Assembly (NCBI GenBank): GCA_037139375.1
Contig: JBAXGL010000001.1
Span: 1-44,265, forward strand
Direction of reading: 5' to 3'
Origin: Bacteroidales bacterium
GTDB taxonomy: Bacteria > Bacteroidota > Bacteroidia > Bacteroidales > UBA7332
DNA length: 44,265 nucleotides
Part shown: positions 9,689-19,454 of the stretch, piece after piece
How positions within the stretch are numbered: position 1 is the stretch's first letter
How the letters are laid out: every line of letters starts with the position of its first letter
Notes under the pieces: generated by a model
Database searches by the model: none
What the model was told of the DNA's origin: nothing
Seen by the model: the letters and a program-made list of their open reading frames with translations, nothing else
Translations under genes and position numbers: made by a program

Positions 9689-12268
9689 ATGCGTTTCTCA
9701 AACTATACATTGGTAATTCTGTGTTTTATGATTTCAGAAATTGCTTTTGCCAAATCAAGCCTTCTCGAATTACCCATTTCTACAGGCTGGGAAATGCGCG
9801 AAACGACATCAAATGATTGGCTTTCAGCAGTTGTTCCGGGATGTGTGCACAGCGACTTATTGTTAAACAAACAAATTCCGAAGCCCTATTTCCAAACAAA
9901 CGAAAAGCAATTGCAATGGATTGATAAAAAGGATTGGGAATATAAAACGACATTTGATGTTTCTGATGAAGTTTTGTTCAACGAACATATTGAATTGGTA
10001 TTTAAAGGATTGGATACCTATGCAACTGTTTATTTGAATGAAAAGGAAATGCTAAAAGCAGACAATATGTTTCGCGAATGGACAATTGAAGCAAAACAAT
10101 CTATTCGTGTGGGGAGTAATAGTTTACGAATAGTTTTTAATTCTCCTATCAATATTGGATTAGAATTACTTAAAGAAAATGGCTTTATACTAAAAGCAAC
10201 CAATGATCAAGCTGAGAATGGCGGATTAACAAAAGACCAATTGGTGAGCCCATTTATCCGAAAAGCACCTTACCATTTTGGTTGGGATTGGGGTCCGAGG
10301 TTTGTAACTTCCGGGATTTGGCAGCCTGTTTTTTTACGTGCATGGAACGCTGTAAAAATTTCGAATTTTTATGTTCAGCAACAATCCTTGAATGATAAAT
10401 TGGCCACATTAAAAGGCCAAATAGAGATTAAGTCGTCGAAAAACCAACAGGCTGAAGTTTCAATTCTTATAAATGGAAAAAAAATTGCAAAACAGTACTA
10501 CTCTCTCAGTATTGGCACAAACACGATTGATTTTCCGTTCGATATTAAAAATCCAAAGCGCTGGTGGACAAACGGTTTAGGGAAAGCGAATCTATATTCC
10601 ATTTCAGTACAAGTTGAATCAGGAAATTCCTCAGACTCTGAAAGTCGCCAAATCGGTTTACGCACTTTGCGATTGATTCAGAAGCCCGACTCCGTTGGTC
10701 GCAGTTTCTATTTTGAGCTGAATGGCGTTCCTGTTTTTGCAAAAGGTGCTAATCACATTCCAAACGATATGTTTCTAGATAAAGTAACTAAAGATGTATA
10801 TGATAGGGAAATTGAAACTGCGTCGAAATCCAATTTCAATATGCTTCGTGTTTGGGGCGGTGGTATTTACGAGAACGATTATTTTTATGAATTGTGCGAT
10901 CGGAATGGTATTCTTGTATGGCAGGATTTTATGTTTGCTTGTTCTCTTTATCCAGGAAATAAGAAGTTTTTAAATTCGGTTACACAAGAAGCAGCTTATC
11001 AATTAAAAAGACTACGAAATCATGCGTGCATTGCACTCTGGTGTGGAAATAATGAAATTGATGTGGCATGGCAAAACTTTGAACCAAACGGTGGATGGGG
11101 TTGGAAAAAAAGTTACACCGAATTGCAAAAGAAACAAATCTGGTCGGCTTACGACACTATTTTTAATCATATTTTGGCTAATGCGGTGAAGGATTATTCA
11201 TCACAAACGCCTTATTGGCAATCTTCACCATCGAGTATTATCTCGAAAAAGCATGCTTCTAATACAAATAAATCGGGTGATGTGCACTATTGGGAAGTGT
11301 GGCATGGCAAAAAGCCATTCGAAAATTATGCTTTAAATATTGGTCGATTTATGAGCGAGTATGGTTTTCAGTCGTTTCCCGAACTTGAAACAGTCAAGAA
11401 ATATGCTTTGCCTGAGGATTATGATATTGAGTCGGAAGTGATGCGTCATCATCAGCGCAGTGCTATTGGCAATGTAACCATTAAGGATTATATGGATCGG
11501 TATTATCAAAAACCCTTAGATTTTGAGAAATTTTTGTATGTCGGTCAGGTGTTGCAAGCCAATGGAATTCAGTATGCAGTGGAGGCGCATCGTAGGGCAA
11601 TGCCTTACAATATGGGTTCGCTAGTTTGGCAAATAAATGACTGTTGGCCAGTGGCTTCGTGGTCAAGTACCGATTATTACCGCCGTTGGAAAGCGTTGCA
11701 ATACGAACTAAAACGCTCGTTTGAACCTATCCTTATTTCTGCTTATACAAAAACTGACAGCACGTATGTTACAGTTGTTTCGGATAAACTAAAAGATATA
11801 AACGCATTGTTTGAAATGAATGTATGCGACTTTTCAGGAAAAGTGATTCGTTCAAAAACTATAAAAGTAAATGTAAAAGCCAATCATTCAACTACTGCTT
11901 TTAAAGATTTAACAGCCAATTTAACAGCTAATGTAAATGGGAATTATTTTTCTTTTAAGTTGAAGAACAGGAATGAATTAATTGCTGATAAAATATATTT
12001 TCTAACTTATCCTAAAAGCTTACAGCTTGATAAACCCCAAATTATGTCCAACATTCGCAAGAAAAATAATACTTGGATAATTCGCTTAAAAACAAATGTG
12101 TTGGCTAAAAATGTATATCTAAATTTCAAAGATGTAGAAGGATTTTTTAGCGATAATTATTTTGATTTAGTGCCAGGAATTGAAAAAAATATCACATTTA
12201 AATCCAAATTAAATATTTCAGCAACGCAAAAACTTGAAATCAGTTCATTGGTGGATAGTTACAAGTAA
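9689..12268 (+). CDS. GH2 beta-mannosidase
   Basis: FKGLDTYA, RKAPYHFGWDWGP, NMLRVWGGGIYE, WQDFMFAC, WCGNNE, FMSEYGFQSFP, WQINDCWP are the typical beta-mannosidase signature set; signal peptide. Confidence 0.93.
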   Translation: MRFSNYTLVILCFMISEIAFAKSSLLELPISTGWEMRETTSNDWLSAVVPGCVHSDLLLNKQIPKPYFQTNEKQLQWIDKKDWEYKTTFDVSDEVLFNEHIELVFKGLDTYATVYLNEKEMLKADNMFREWTIEAKQSIRVGSNSLRIVFNSPINIGLELLKENGFILKATNDQAENGGLTKDQLVSPFIRKAPYHFGWDWGPRFVTSGIWQPVFLRAWNAVKISNFYVQQQSLNDKLATLKGQIEIKSSKNQQAEVSILINGKKIAKQYYSLSIGTNTIDFPFDIKNPKRWWTNGLGKANLYSISVQVESGNSSDSESRQIGLRTLRLIQKPDSVGRSFYFELNGVPVFAKGANHIPNDMFLDKVTKDVYDREIETASKSNFNMLRVWGGGIYENDYFYELCDRNGILVWQDFMFACSLYPGNKKFLNSVTQEAAYQLKRLRNHACIALWCGNNEIDVAWQNFEPNGGWGWKKSYTELQKKQIWSAYDTIFNHILANAVKDYSSQTPYWQSSPSSIISKKHASNTNKSGDVHYWEVWHGKKPFENYALNIGRFMSEYGFQSFPELETVKKYALPEDYDIESEVMRHHQRSAIGNVTIKDYMDRYYQKPLDFEKFLYVGQVLQANGIQYAVEAHRRAMPYNMGSLVWQINDCWPVASWSSTDYYRRWKALQYELKRSFEPILISAYTKTDSTYVTVVSDKLKDINALFEMNVCDFSGKVIRSKTIKVNVKANHSTTAFKDLTANLTANVNGNYFSFKLKNRNELIADKIYFLTYPKSLQLDKPQIMSNIRKKNNTWIIRLKTNVLAKNVYLNFKDVEGFFSDNYFDLVPGIEKNITFKSKLNISATQKLEISSLVDSYK

Positions 12269-12293
12269 TTTAAAATCAGAAAAATTAGATTTA

Positions 12294-14444
12294 ATGAAAT
12301 TTATTCTTAAAGTCTTTCTTTTAGTTTTGTTAGTTTCGTGCCAATCGGCTCGTAAAGTGGTAATCGTAAAGCCACTAGTTCCCTATAAACCCACTGTTTC
12401 TTATGACGATGCTGAAAAACGTAGTCAAAGCATTTTGGAAAAAATGCCTTTGTCTGAAAAAATAAGTATGATAAGCGGTCATAATAGTTTTTTTATCAAA
12501 GGATTTCCTCTATATGGAATACCTCAATTGTATATGTCCGATGCAAGTGCCGGTGTGAATATTCGTAAAGAATTGAACAACGGCATGGAAAAATCTGTAT
12601 CGTTTTCAGCACCAATCGCCTTGGCAGCCACTTGGAGCAGAGAGTTGGCGTACGATATGGCTAAGGCTATTGGCGAAGAATGCAAGATTGGTGGCACTTC
12701 AATTTTGCTCGGTCCAGGGGTAAATATTTACCGTATTTCGCAAAATGGGCGCAACTTTGAGTATTTTGGAGAAGATCCATACTTAACTGCGCGTATTACC
12801 GAAAATTATGTGGTGGGGATGCAAAGTACTGGCACCATGTCCACCGTAAAGCATTTTATTGCCAATAATAATGAACATCGACGTCGCTTGACTGATGCTT
12901 TAATTGATAAACGCACTTTACACGAAATATATTTGCCAGCTTTTAAAGCCGCTGTGGATGCAGGTGTGATGAGCGTTATGACTTCATATAATATGGTGAA
13001 TGGAGAATATACTGCCGAAAGCAAATCGTTGGTGGATGGCATTTTGCGAAAAGAATTGGGCTTCAAAGGGTTAGTCATGTCTGATTGGCGGTCGGTTTAC
13101 AATGGTGAGAAAGCCATTAAATCGGGTTTGGATTTGGAAATGCCAGGCGATTATGCCGATTGGCTAAAAGTATTGGGCGAAACCCCTTTTCGACATTTGA
13201 AACATGAGGCGGCACCACTTTTGGCAGAAAACAAAGTGACAGAAGCAGACATCAACCGTATGGTGAAAAATACCATGCGTTCCGGCATTATGATGGGATT
13301 GTACGACAGACCAATTCAAGATACAAATTTTACTAATAATTATGAGAAACATGAACAAGTGGCTTTACAAGTTGCTCGCGAATCTATTGTGTTACTTAAA
13401 AATGCAAATTCTATTTTGCCATTAGTTCCTGAAAAAGCAAATTCAAACTTTTTATTGACGGGTGAATTTGCCAATACATTACCTTTTGGTGGAGGCTCGG
13501 CAGAAGTAAAAGGATATAACAATGTGCTAATGTATGATGCTTTGAAAAAAGTTTATGGGAGCGCTTTGAATTATATTCCCAGACCCACCGACGCAGAAAT
13601 AAAGGCGGCAAATGTGGTTTTTTTGAGTGTTGGAACGCACGATAGAGAAGGCAACGACCACTTTTTTGCATTGCCAGATAGTGTAGAAAACTTGGTGAAA
13701 CGAGGAACTGCTCTCAATCCAAATACTGTTGTAATTGTAAATTCTGGCAGTGGCATCCGTATGACCGATTGGAGCGACAAGGCAGCAGCTATTTTGTATG
13801 CTTGGTATCCTGGACAGACTGGAAATATAGCTTTGGCAGAGATTGTGAGCGGGAGGGTAAATCCTTCGGGAAAACTTCCTATGACCATCGAAAATGATTT
13901 TTCTGATTCGCCAGGAGCCAATTACAAAAAAGACACATCAGCTTTCAATATGCCGTGGCAGGACGAATACAGTTTTCGTTTTCCAATTAGTCATGATGAA
14001 TATAAAGAGGGTGTTTTTGTGGGTTATCGATGGTATGAAAGTAAAGGGTTGAAAATTCAATTTCCTTTTGGTCACGGACTTTCTTATACAAAATTTGATT
14101 ATTCTAATTTGAAAATTAAACCAACTTTCAACGAAGGAGAAAAGGTGAAAGTTTCGTTTAACATCAAAAATACAGGTGCGGTTGCTGGTACAGAAGTCGT
14201 GCAATTGTATATAAAAGACAACGAATCGACTGTAGCCCGCCCATTGAAAGAATTGAAAGCATTCACAAGGGTTGGATTACAGCCGAATGAAGAAAACGAA
14301 GTGCAATTTACGCTCAATCCTGTAGATTTTTCGTTTTTTGATATAGAAACTAATGTCTGGAAAAGCGAAGCAGGAAAATTTACAATTTTTGTAGGAAGTT
14401 CATCGGTAGATATACGACTTAAAAAGGAAATTGAATTGAAATAA
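12294..14444 (+). CDS. GH3 beta-glucosidase/xylosidase, lipoprotein, C-terminal Fn3-like domain
   Basis: GRNFEYFGEDPYL, TVKHFIAN, VMSDW nucleophile, AWYPGQ, VNPSGKLP, FPFGHGLSYT, RPLKELKAF. Start moved to ATG 12294, which gives the lipoprotein signal MKFILKVFLLVLLVS-C. Confidence 0.9.
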   Translation: MKFILKVFLLVLLVSCQSARKVVIVKPLVPYKPTVSYDDAEKRSQSILEKMPLSEKISMISGHNSFFIKGFPLYGIPQLYMSDASAGVNIRKELNNGMEKSVSFSAPIALAATWSRELAYDMAKAIGEECKIGGTSILLGPGVNIYRISQNGRNFEYFGEDPYLTARITENYVVGMQSTGTMSTVKHFIANNNEHRRRLTDALIDKRTLHEIYLPAFKAAVDAGVMSVMTSYNMVNGEYTAESKSLVDGILRKELGFKGLVMSDWRSVYNGEKAIKSGLDLEMPGDYADWLKVLGETPFRHLKHEAAPLLAENKVTEADINRMVKNTMRSGIMMGLYDRPIQDTNFTNNYEKHEQVALQVARESIVLLKNANSILPLVPEKANSNFLLTGEFANTLPFGGGSAEVKGYNNVLMYDALKKVYGSALNYIPRPTDAEIKAANVVFLSVGTHDREGNDHFFALPDSVENLVKRGTALNPNTVVIVNSGSGIRMTDWSDKAAAILYAWYPGQTGNIALAEIVSGRVNPSGKLPMTIENDFSDSPGANYKKDTSAFNMPWQDEYSFRFPISHDEYKEGVFVGYRWYESKGLKIQFPFGHGLSYTKFDYSNLKIKPTFNEGEKVKVSFNIKNTGAVAGTEVVQLYIKDNESTVARPLKELKAFTRVGLQPNEENEVQFTLNPVDFSFFDIETNVWKSEAGKFTIFVGSSSVDIRLKKEIELK

Positions 14445-14447
14445 TCT

Positions 14448-15881
14448 ATGTACAAGCAAAAATTCCTCTTGTTTTTGGCGCTACCAAATGTTTTATTTGC
14501 GGCAAATTCTAATACAAAGCAGTCAAAACCTAATATCATCCTTATTCTGTGCGATGATTTGGGATATGCTGATATTGAACCTTATGGTTCTAAAGGAATT
14601 AAAACGCCTAACCTGAATCAATTGGCTTCGGAAGGACTTACATTGACCAATTTTTATGCCGGCTCAGCTGTGAGTTCACCTTCGCGTGCAGCATTGCTTA
14701 CTGGCTGTTATCCCAATCGGATTGGCATTCCCGAAGTGTTAGCACCGCACGGACTCAGTTGGTCTAAGGATTTGTGGCGAATTGGTATTAACCCAGATGA
14801 GCAAACGTTACCCGAATTGCTCAAAACGCAAGGTTATGCCACAGCTATTTTTGGGAAATGGCATTTAGGTCATTTACCGCAACATTTGCCAAGCAAACAT
14901 GGCTTTGATGAGTTTTGGGGAATACCGTATTCCAACGATATGATTCCGCAGACTGATGCCAATTATCCACCATTGCCAATTATCCACAACGATAGTATCG
15001 AAAATGAAAACCCAGATCAAACGCAATTTACCAAGCGATTAACAGAAAAAACCGTACAATTTATCGACCAACATGCTGACAAGCCATTTTTTATTTTCCT
15101 AACGCATCCTATGCCGCATGTTCCTATTTCGTGCTCTAAAAAATATAAAAACAGTAGCGAAAAAGGACTTTATGGTGACGTGATTCAGGAAATTGATGCT
15201 TCAGTTGGTGCTATTTTGGCAAAGTTGAAAGCGGAAAATATCCGCAAAAAAACGATTGTTATTTTCACATCCGACAATGGTCCGTGGCTGGCTTTTGGGA
15301 ATCATGCTGGATCAGCATTTCCCTTGCGCGAAGGCAAACATACCAGCATGGAAGGCGGTTACCGTGTGCCATTTATTATCAGTTGGCCTCAGAAAATTCA
15401 TCAAAACTTAAAAAGTGATGCGATGGTTTCGGCTATGGATTTGCTACCAACCCTTACTCGCTGGGCAAATGCACCAATGCCCACTCAAAAAATAGATGGC
15501 ATAGCACTCAATTCTTTTTTTGAAGGAAAAACAAAACACTCGGCTCGTAAACACCTGCTTTTTTATCATGGTGCCGAAGTTGAAGCTATCCGAAGTGGTA
15601 AATGGAAGTTACATATTCCGCACAGCTATCAAAAAGCAGGCAATAATATAGGCAACAATGGTATTAAAGGCTATTATGATAAAGCTTCGATTGGGCTAGA
15701 ACTATTTGACCTGAGCAAAGACCCTTCAGAATCGGTCGATTTATCTGCCAAATACCCAAAAATCGTAGGGCAATTAAAGGGCGAGTTGCTTCAATTGGAT
15801 AAAGAGTTGAAAGCGACTTCGCGTCAGCCGGCAATCTATCATGGCAGTGCTCCGCCAAATAGAAAGTTATGGAAAGAATAA
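14448..15881 (+). CDS. S1 family sulfatase (Ser-type)
   Basis: PNIILILCDDLGY, SSPSRAALLTG (SxPxR), FGKWHLG, HPMPHVP, FTSDNGP; signal peptide. Confidence 0.93.
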   Translation: MYKQKFLLFLALPNVLFAANSNTKQSKPNIILILCDDLGYADIEPYGSKGIKTPNLNQLASEGLTLTNFYAGSAVSSPSRAALLTGCYPNRIGIPEVLAPHGLSWSKDLWRIGINPDEQTLPELLKTQGYATAIFGKWHLGHLPQHLPSKHGFDEFWGIPYSNDMIPQTDANYPPLPIIHNDSIENENPDQTQFTKRLTEKTVQFIDQHADKPFFIFLTHPMPHVPISCSKKYKNSSEKGLYGDVIQEIDASVGAILAKLKAENIRKKTIVIFTSDNGPWLAFGNHAGSAFPLREGKHTSMEGGYRVPFIISWPQKIHQNLKSDAMVSAMDLLPTLTRWANAPMPTQKIDGIALNSFFEGKTKHSARKHLLFYHGAEVEAIRSGKWKLHIPHSYQKAGNNIGNNGIKGYYDKASIGLELFDLSKDPSESVDLSAKYPKIVGQLKGELLQLDKELKATSRQPAIYHGSAPPNRKLWKE

Positions 15882-16126
15882 ATTGCTTTTTCAGAGAGAT
15901 AAAACCGTAAAAAGAACAGTGCTTTTAGGGTAAAACGGCTTTTTGTTCGTCACAGTTGTGTAATTTCCATAACTGATATTTCAGTAAAAGTATAGTATGA
16001 AGAACACATTATTCAGCAATTTTATTGGTTTTTCCTCTTCTTGATTAAATTTTTAGAACAGATTTATCTGCTTTGACCTAGTATTCTCTCAAAATACATA
16101 AAGAAAAACAATTAATATTTAGAACT

Positions 16127-19100
16127 ATGACTATTTTCTTAAGAAAACTTATGCGACAAAAACACTCATTTAGGGTTTTGCTTGTCACGTTTTTTTTAGG
16201 TGCACTCTCTTTGTCGGTGAACGCACAAAACAAAATAGAGAACAATGCCCCCATCTCTATTTCTGGTGTAATAATAGATACGAAAGGCGAAGCCATTATC
16301 GGAGGTAATATCCTTGTAAAAGGAACCACAATTGGTACTTTGACGGATATAGAAGGTAAATTCAAACTAAAGGTTCCTGTAAACGCTAAATTGGTGGTGT
16401 CGTATGTTGGTTTTTTGGCTCAGGAAGTGATAATTACCGATAAAACGTTCTATAAAATATCACTTAAAGAAGAGAGTAAAAATTTGGATGAAGTAGTGGT
16501 CGTGGGTTATGGCGTGGTTAATAAACGAAGCTATACGGGTTCTATTTCGTCCATCAAATCTGAAGAAATAACTGCTCTCAAAACTATGTCACCAACACAA
16601 GGCCTTCAAGGTCGCGCGGCAGGTGTGAACGTTACAACAGCATCTGGAATGCCTGGTGCTCCCACCACCATACGAGTGCGTGGTGTTAACTCTATTAGTT
16701 CGGGAAACGACCCATTGTGGATTATCGACGGAGTGCCAATGTACTCAGGCGGAGGATTGGAGAAAAGTTCTAGTACCGTTTCACAAGATCCGATGTCGAT
16801 GATTAACCCAAGCGATATTGAAACGATGGAGGTGCTCAAAGATGCTGCTGCAACAGCTATTTATGGTTCACGTGGTTCGAATGGTGTGATAATGATAACA
16901 ACCAAATCAGGCAAGAAAAACGGTGGGAAAGGCACAATCAATGTTGATTATACGATGGGCTTTAGCGATTTAACCCGCACACCCGAGCAAATTGGATATG
17001 CTTCAACTAAGCAATGGATAGAAATGGCAGACAAAGCGATTCAGAATTCAACAGGAGATCCTACAGCACTTTTCACACCATCTATGACGGTAGAGAAAGC
17101 ACAAGTTGCATTTGAGGCTTTGACTCGTGAGCAAGCTCTTGCCACAAATTCCAACTGGTTTAAAGAAGTTCTTCGCACAGGCGAATACAAGGATTTCAAT
17201 TTAAATATGACTAAAGGTTTCGAAGGTGGGTCGGTTTACACTTCTTTCAACTACCGTAATGATGCTGGAGTACTAAAAAACAACGACTTAAATAGATTGA
17301 CGGGACGTATAAACAGTGAATTTACGATTATCAAAAATCTACAGGTTGGATCTAATATGGCATTTTCGTATTCTCGAAACAACAGAGTGAAAACAGGTTA
17401 TGCAGGTGCAATTGGTGCTGGTGGTGGAATGACTGGTGGTTTCGAGGCTGCGAATCGTAATGCGATGCCTTGGATGCCGATTTACAGTTCCGAGAACACA
17501 ACTGGATATTGGAGTGCCAGATCTGGCAATTTAGCTGCAAATAATGATCGTCGGTTTTTACAGGATTATGTGATTCAAAACCGAGTGGTAGGAAACACAT
17601 TTGCTGAATTTAAAGTAGTTGCAATTAAAGGTTTGTCGCTCCGTTCAGAGTTTGGATTAGACAACATCAGCAATTCGAGTGTAGATTGGAGAAGCGATTT
17701 GATTACTGTAGATGGTAAGTCGTATTCATTGGATCAAAATGTTAACCGTTCGGTTATTAATTACAATGCATATTTAAAATATAACAACAAAATTGGCAAA
17801 AACGCTTTCAATTCTGTATTAGGAACGGAAAGCACAAGAATGACTACTTGGACAAGATTGTTAGAAGCAAATGGATTGGTGGGGCAATATCCCGAATTGG
17901 GATCTACTCCAGCGAATATGTTAAGTATGTCTTCCAAATTTTCTGCTGAAGATTATTTGAGATCATATTTTTTCAGAACGGATTATCGCCTGCTCGATAA
18001 GTATGTGTTGGCTGTCAGTCTTAGAACTGATGGGTCATCCAAATTTTCAGCAGAAAAAAGATGGGGTACTTTTGCCGCCATTTCTGGTGGATGGCTTGTG
18101 TCTGAAGAACCGTTTTTTGCCTCATTCCGCGATGTTATGAATCAATTTAAACTAAAAACTAGTTTTGGTCAAACAGGAAATAATGCGATACCCAACAACT
18201 CTTCCACTACTGTTTACAGTAACAATTCATTAAACCGCTATGGTTTAGATAGTGACATTGCTGCAGGTACAATTGTGTCGAACATTGGCAATGGATCTAT
18301 CACATGGGAAACTACCAATAATTATGATTTTGGTATTGATTATGGATTTCTAAATAGTCGCATTTCGGGTTCTATTGAAGGGTATTACAAAAAAGTAGTG
18401 GATATGCTCTTGAGCGCTGAATTGCCTAATTCGACAGGTATTGGCGGAAATAAAATTTGGGCAAACATTGGAGATATGTCTAATTATGGAATTGATTTTT
18501 CAATATCCAGTAAAAATATTGACAAAAAGAACTTCACATGGACAACTGATTTTAATGTTTCATTTAATGAGAATAAGATTTTAAGTCTCACCCCTGCGCT
18601 CAATGTGGGTGGTAAGGGAGTAGGCTATAGAATAGGTACACAAAATGTGACTGGTAATCGTTTAGGAACTTTCTTTATGGCTGATTATGCAGGTATTGAC
18701 CCTGATAAAGGCGTTGAAATGATTTGGGAAATTGACCAGACAGAATACAACGCTTCGGGTAAAACAATCAAAACAGGGCGAAAAATACCTGCTACTCAAG
18801 AGAATGTGCAAGTCAATCGTTATTTGTTTCAAGACAAAACGATTATTCCTACTTTTTTTGGTGGAATCAACAACACGTTTAAATACAAAAACCTTGATTT
18901 GAATCTCTTTCTCACCTTCTCGGGCGGAAATTACATTTACGACTACAATCGTAAACGTGCCTCTTATGTGCACAATGGACAAACCGTTTTGTTGGCAGAT
19001 GTGAACGAGAATACTGTGTGGGCTGCTGGCAAGACTGATGCTACTTATCCACTACAATCGTGGGAAAGCAGCTACACTGGTGCAGCGTGGAATAGCAAAG

Positions 19101-19435
19101 CTGATGATCCTAACCTTCCTGCAGGAAATGCAAAAGGTTGGTGGGACTCGAATGCAACAGCCAAAGGGAACTATAACTTGGAGAGTTACAACCACTCGAA
19201 ATATATGTACAGGGGTGATTTTATTCGATTGAAAAACCTGTCACTAGGTTATACATTACCCAAAACGTTTGCGTCGAAATTGGCATTGCAGCAACTTCGT
19301 TTATCGGTTCAAGGGTCTAATCTACTTACTATTACTGCATATCCAGGTTATGATCCTGAGGGTGCCACGTGGGTAGATGCAGCTAGCATTCCCAATACCC
19401 GAACCATTAGTTTTGGTTTATCGGCTAAGTTTTAA
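16127..19435 (+). CDS. susC: SusC/RagA TonB-dependent outer membrane glycan transporter
   Basis: CarboxypepD-reg-like N-terminus, LDEVVVVGYG, INPSDIETMEVLKDAAATAIYGSRGSNGVIMITTK, ITWETT, terminal FGLSAKF. Confidence 0.96.
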   Translation: MTIFLRKLMRQKHSFRVLLVTFFLGALSLSVNAQNKIENNAPISISGVIIDTKGEAIIGGNILVKGTTIGTLTDIEGKFKLKVPVNAKLVVSYVGFLAQEVIITDKTFYKISLKEESKNLDEVVVVGYGVVNKRSYTGSISSIKSEEITALKTMSPTQGLQGRAAGVNVTTASGMPGAPTTIRVRGVNSISSGNDPLWIIDGVPMYSGGGLEKSSSTVSQDPMSMINPSDIETMEVLKDAAATAIYGSRGSNGVIMITTKSGKKNGGKGTINVDYTMGFSDLTRTPEQIGYASTKQWIEMADKAIQNSTGDPTALFTPSMTVEKAQVAFEALTREQALATNSNWFKEVLRTGEYKDFNLNMTKGFEGGSVYTSFNYRNDAGVLKNNDLNRLTGRINSEFTIIKNLQVGSNMAFSYSRNNRVKTGYAGAIGAGGGMTGGFEAANRNAMPWMPIYSSENTTGYWSARSGNLAANNDRRFLQDYVIQNRVVGNTFAEFKVVAIKGLSLRSEFGLDNISNSSVDWRSDLITVDGKSYSLDQNVNRSVINYNAYLKYNNKIGKNAFNSVLGTESTRMTTWTRLLEANGLVGQYPELGSTPANMLSMSSKFSAEDYLRSYFFRTDYRLLDKYVLAVSLRTDGSSKFSAEKRWGTFAAISGGWLVSEEPFFASFRDVMNQFKLKTSFGQTGNNAIPNNSSTTVYSNNSLNRYGLDSDIAAGTIVSNIGNGSITWETTNNYDFGIDYGFLNSRISGSIEGYYKKVVDMLLSAELPNSTGIGGNKIWANIGDMSNYGIDFSISSKNIDKKNFTWTTDFNVSFNENKILSLTPALNVGGKGVGYRIGTQNVTGNRLGTFFMADYAGIDPDKGVEMIWEIDQTEYNASGKTIKTGRKIPATQENVQVNRYLFQDKTIIPTFFGGINNTFKYKNLDLNLFLTFSGGNYIYDYNRKRASYVHNGQTVLLADVNENTVWAAGKTDATYPLQSWESSYTGAAWNSKADDPNLPAGNAKGWWDSNATAKGNYNLESYNHSKYMYRGDFIRLKNLSLGYTLPKTFASKLALQQLRLSVQGSNLLTITAYPGYDPEGATWVDAASIPNTRTISFGLSAKF

Positions 19436-19454
19436 TTTTAAAATAGTAAGAAAT

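Noticed and set aside
12234-12293. ORF-track N-terminal extensions (also 19377, 26781, 33456, 35489)
   Set aside because: Downstream ATGs give proper signal or lipoprotein peptides and in several cases avoid overlaps with upstream genes.
14099-14539. 146-aa minus-strand ORF (similarly 20198..20602, 23451..23864, 36025..36369)
   Set aside because: Antisense to well-supported CAZyme/SusD genes, with typical mirror-frame composition.
15957-16010. Possible third AraR site upstream of susC (GTGT at about 15958; ACAC at 16004)
   Set aside because: Half-sites are not in the GTGT-N7-ACAC spacing.
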